Assembly: GCF_000014265.1 (NCBI RefSeq) | Contig: NC_008312.1 | Location: 4,500,001-4,532,000, forward strand | Source: Trichodesmium erythraeum IMS101 | Lineage (GTDB): Bacteria > Cyanobacteriota > Cyanobacteriia > Cyanobacteriales > Microcoleaceae | DNA length: 32,000 nucleotides | Direction of reading: 5' to 3' | Shown: positions 29,052-32,000 of the stretch, in pieces | Numbering within the stretch: the first letter of the stretch is position 1 | Layout: each line of letters opens with the position of its first letter | Notes under the pieces: model-generated | Seen by the model: the letters and a program-made list of their open reading frames with translations, nothing else | The model's database searches: none | What the model was told of the DNA's origin: nothing | Translations under genes and position numbers: made by a program

Positions 29052-31796
29052 ATGTCCTACTCTGTCCCAAAAATCTCAAAACCTGTCCTAGCTGAACCGG
29101 GGTCATCTTACAACAGCCATTCCCCAGAGTTGCAAAAGTTGGTAGAAGTCTTAGTTGATGTTCCTGTTAAAACTTCAACAGAAAATGCTGAAGAGTCTGT
29201 CCAAATACTCTCAAAATCTGTCCTAGCTGAACCGGGGTCATCTTATAATAACCATTCCCCAGAGTTGCAAGAGTTGGTAGAAGTCTTAGTTGATGTCCCT
29301 TTTCAAACTTCAACAGATGATGCTGAAGAAGAGGAAAAATTATTTACCTACAAAATACCTCCTGAACTGGACATTCAACCAGGAGACATTGTAATAGTAC
29401 CTTTTGGCAGACAACAAGTAGGAGGGATCGCTATCCGCAAAACCTCTAAACTACCAGAAGGTTTAAGTAGCGATCGCTTGAAAAATATATCAGATATTAT
29501 TACTAAAGGTTTTTTCCCTGCCACTTATTGGCAACTCCTGGAAAAAGTCGCTATCTATTATCAAACACCACTTATTAAAGTAATTCGCGCAGCTCTACCA
29601 CCAGGGCTACTCAAAGGTAGTCAACGACGCATTCGCATCATCGAAGCAGCAATACCAACAGGAGGAGAAATTTTTCTCAATGCAAATGCTCAAAAAATTC
29701 TGGAAATTCTGCAAAACTCCAAAACTAAAGACTACACCTGGAAATACATTCAACGTCAAGTCAAAGGTGCTGAAAGAGGATTAAAAGATTTACTACAACG
29801 AGGTTGGGTAGAAAGTTATCTCGAACCCCCTTCCCCACCAAAACCAAAACTCAGACAAGCAGTTACTCTAGTTGCTCAAACCCCACCCAAAGATTTAACC
29901 CCACGCCAACAAGAAGTCATGGAAGTATTACGCCAAAGTGGAGGGGAAATGTGGTTAACAGAATTACTTAACACTTGCAAAACTACGACTTCTGTGGTAA
30001 AAAAACTGGAAGAAAAAGGCTATGCTGTCATTCAGGAACAAGAAATATTACGCCGAGAACAAGGCAGAGGTAATACCAGAGATGAAATAAAAATGCTTAC
30101 ATCCTACCAAACAGAAGCATTAACAACAATTACCAAGATTCAAGAATTTGCTCAAGTTTTGCTACATGGAGTTACAGGATCTGGAAAAACAGAGGTATAT
30201 TTACAGGCGATCGCTCCCATCCTCGAAAATGGTAAATCTGCTCTTGTACTAGTTCCCGAAATTGGTCTCACTCCTCAACTGACCGATAGATTTCGCGCTC
30301 GTTTTGGCAAAAAAGTATATGTTTACCATAGCGCCTTATCTGCTGGAGAACGTTATGACACTTGGCGTAACATGACCTGGGGTATTCCACAAATTATCAT
30401 CGGTACTCGTTCAGCAATTTTTGCCCCCCTGCCAAAATTAGGTCTAATTGTTTTAGACGAAGAACACGATAACAGCTTTAAACAAGACCGCCCTGCACCT
30501 TGTTATCACGCTCGCACTGTAGCGAAATGGCGAGCAGAATTAGAAAACTGTCCATTAATATTAGGTTCAGCAACTCCCTCTTTAGAAAGTTGGTTGGAAA
30601 CAAGAAAATACTATCAAGACAAAAAGATTCAAGCATCCCCCTATCTACTAGAAAATATAGACAAAAATGTTTCCCCAACAGGCAACACCCAAAATTTAAC
30701 ACCTAACACTTACTACCTATCATTACCAGAACGGATCCACTCACGACCGATGCCACCTGTCGAAATAGTAGATATGCGTCAACAACTACGACAGGGAAAC
30801 CGGACAATGTTTAGCTATCCTCTACAAGAAGCACTGCAAGAACTACAGGAAACAAAACAACAAGGAATTTTATTCATTCACCGTCGCGGTTACAGCACAT
30901 TTGTCTCTTGTCGCAGTTGTGGTCATGTAATGGAATGCCCCCATTGCGATGTTTCCCTTTCCTATCATTATACCCACGAAGGTGCAACTGAACTATTACG
31001 TTGTCATTACTGCAATTATAACGAATTACAACCACAACGTTGTCCTAAATGTGGTTCTCCTTTTTTCAAATTTTTTGGCAGTGGAACTCAAAAAGTAGCG
31101 CAGGAGTTAACAAGACAGTTTCCTGGCTTACGATATATTAGATATGATAGCGACACTACTCGCAAAAAGGATGCCCACCGAAATTTGTTAAATCAATTTG
31201 CTAATGGTGAAGCAGATTTATTGATCGGTACCCAAATGTTGACAAAAGGCTTAGATTTGGCACAGGTGACATTAGTAGGAGTCGTCTCTGCTGATGGGTT
31301 GCTACATTTTTCAGATTATCGCGCTAATGAACGAACTTTTCAAACATTACTGCAAGTAGCAGGTCGTGCGGGTCGTGGAGATAACCCAGGGCGAGTAATT
31401 ATTCAGACCTATACTCCAGAACATCCTGTGATTCAAGCAGTGCAACGTAATGATTATGAGTCTTTTGTGGAAACAGAATTACAAGGAAGAGCAGAATTGC
31501 ACTATCCTCCTTATGGGCGGTTGATTTTATTACGTTTGAGTAGTTATGATCCGACTGAGGTAGCTGTGACTGCTCAAGAGTTGGCAAGTGTGTTGAGGGA
31601 AAAAGAGGGAAAGGAAAAATATGATTTATTGGGTCCTGCACCGGCTCCTATTGCTAGAATAGCTAATCGTTATCGTTGGCAGATTTTGTTAAAGTTATTG
31701 TCTGGATATGAGAATGTACCTGATCTGACTCAGTTGAGTAATTTTTGTCGTCCTGGGGTAAGTTTGACTGTAGATGTTGATCCTATGAATTTGTGA
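29052..31796 (+). CDS. priA: Primosomal protein N' (replication restart helicase PriA)
   Basis: Walker A LLHGVTGSGKTEVYL, Walker B LDEEHD, the Cys-rich zinc region CRSCGHVMECPHCDVSLSYH...CHYCNY...CPKCGS, and the C-terminal GRAGRG are all present. ATG is at 29052; the track ORF starts at TTG 29046. Confidence 0.95.
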   Translation: MSYSVPKISKPVLAEPGSSYNSHSPELQKLVEVLVDVPVKTSTENAEESVQILSKSVLAEPGSSYNNHSPELQELVEVLVDVPFQTSTDDAEEEEKLFTYKIPPELDIQPGDIVIVPFGRQQVGGIAIRKTSKLPEGLSSDRLKNISDIITKGFFPATYWQLLEKVAIYYQTPLIKVIRAALPPGLLKGSQRRIRIIEAAIPTGGEIFLNANAQKILEILQNSKTKDYTWKYIQRQVKGAERGLKDLLQRGWVESYLEPPSPPKPKLRQAVTLVAQTPPKDLTPRQQEVMEVLRQSGGEMWLTELLNTCKTTTSVVKKLEEKGYAVIQEQEILRREQGRGNTRDEIKMLTSYQTEALTTITKIQEFAQVLLHGVTGSGKTEVYLQAIAPILENGKSALVLVPEIGLTPQLTDRFRARFGKKVYVYHSALSAGERYDTWRNMTWGIPQIIIGTRSAIFAPLPKLGLIVLDEEHDNSFKQDRPAPCYHARTVAKWRAELENCPLILGSATPSLESWLETRKYYQDKKIQASPYLLENIDKNVSPTGNTQNLTPNTYYLSLPERIHSRPMPPVEIVDMRQQLRQGNRTMFSYPLQEALQELQETKQQGILFIHRRGYSTFVSCRSCGHVMECPHCDVSLSYHYTHEGATELLRCHYCNYNELQPQRCPKCGSPFFKFFGSGTQKVAQELTRQFPGLRYIRYDSDTTRKKDAHRNLLNQFANGEADLLIGTQMLTKGLDLAQVTLVGVVSADGLLHFSDYRANERTFQTLLQVAGRAGRGDNPGRVIIQTYTPEHPVIQAVQRNDYESFVETELQGRAELHYPPYGRLILLRLSSYDPTEVAVTAQELASVLREKEGKEKYDLLGPAPAPIARIANRYRWQILLKLLSGYENVPDLTQLSNFCRPGVSLTVDVDPMNL
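29061..29330 (+). repeat. In-frame 135-bp (45-codon) tandem duplication at the 5' end of priA
   Basis: Unit 1 (29061-29195) encodes SVPKISKPVLAEPGSSYNSHSPELQKLVEVLVDVPVKTSTENAEE. Unit 2 (29196-29330) encodes SVQILSKSVLAEPGSSYNNHSPELQELVEVLVDVPFQTSTDDAEE. 35 of 45 residues are identical. Confidence 0.9.
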
Positions 31797-31842
31797 TCAA
31801 CAGGACTTATATCAAATCCGGATAATTTCTATTCCTGAGATA

Positions 31843-32000
31843 GGCTTTGTTGTAAAAAAGATGATTGAAAGGGTACATATAATATTCAAGATAGTACCAA
31901 TTAGTAGATATGAGTAACTCCAAGTCCAAGTCTCAGTCTCAGTACAAGGTTAAAAATTTGTCTGAGTACGATGCCTCATTGAAGTAAGGAGGAAGTTTGA
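31843..32000 (+). mobile_element. Left end of an IS5-family, IS903-group insertion sequence (truncated by the window); the transposase start carries an in-frame stop
   Basis: GGCTTTGTTG at 31843 equals the first 10 nt of the IS903 terminal inverted repeat (GGCTTTGTTGAATAAATC, from memory). The ORF from ATG 31910 reads MSNSKSKSQSQYKVKNLSEYDASLK*GGSL, paralleling the IS903-type K.NWS.YN.ALI.RGSLTFW. A TAA at 31985-31987 interrupts it. Confidence 0.6.

Noticed and set aside
30478-31641. ORFs 30478-30702 (-), 30500-30706 (+) and 31399-31641 (-)
   Set aside because: They are alternative-frame or antisense ORFs inside the full-length priA gene.
1-32000. Scan for tRNA, rRNA, tmRNA, RNase P RNA and common riboswitch cores (TPP, cobalamin)
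   Set aside because: I spotted no T-loop/acceptor-type sequences (GGTTCGAATCC-like) outside coding regions and no recognisable conserved RNA cores. Absence by eye is not proof, so Infernal or tRNAscan should be run.

Overview
AT-rich cyanobacterial chromosome segment. The cyanobacterial HIP1 octamer GCGATCGC occurs 10 times (2044, 4527, 4769, 6932, 13340, 15686, 24272, 29016, 29470, 30207), where far fewer than one would be expected by chance at this base composition. Gene content also fits a filamentous cyanobacterium: SipA/DUF3148-like, COP23-like, DUF1400-like and an NblR-like regulator. Intact ORFs cover only about 57% of the window. The rest is long ORF-free spacers, pseudogenes and gene fragments, as expected for a decaying genome (possibly a Nostocales symbiont such as Richelia; this is inference and cannot be verified here). 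Confident housekeeping genes are rbfA, prfC, priA, an sbcD-like nuclease, a creatininase-family protein, an OmpR-family response regulator, a cNMP-binding protein, an SPL-type radical SAM protein, a SpmA/SpmB-type membrane protein, an MDR oxidoreductase, yjbQ, an SDR and a secreted trypsin-like protease. No tRNA, rRNA or CRISPR array was found. The most unusual locus is 24.1-26.8 kb. An ABC-type (AAA_21/AAA_15-like) ATPase gene is followed by eight head-to-tail copies of a 125/126-bp unit that re-copies the gene's own last 41 codons plus stop. This array separates the ATPase from a downstream, now multiply disrupted, PIN-like gene that originally began 5 nt after the ATPase stop. I read this as a decayed two-gene ATPase + nuclease (defence/abortive-infection-like) module. 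The same tandem-duplication habit recurs across the window: 38 bp x2, 23 bp x2, about 90 bp x2, 135 bp x2 in frame inside priA, and SDR gene 5' fragments flanking the intact SDR. The window ends in the left end of an IS903-group (IS5 family) element.
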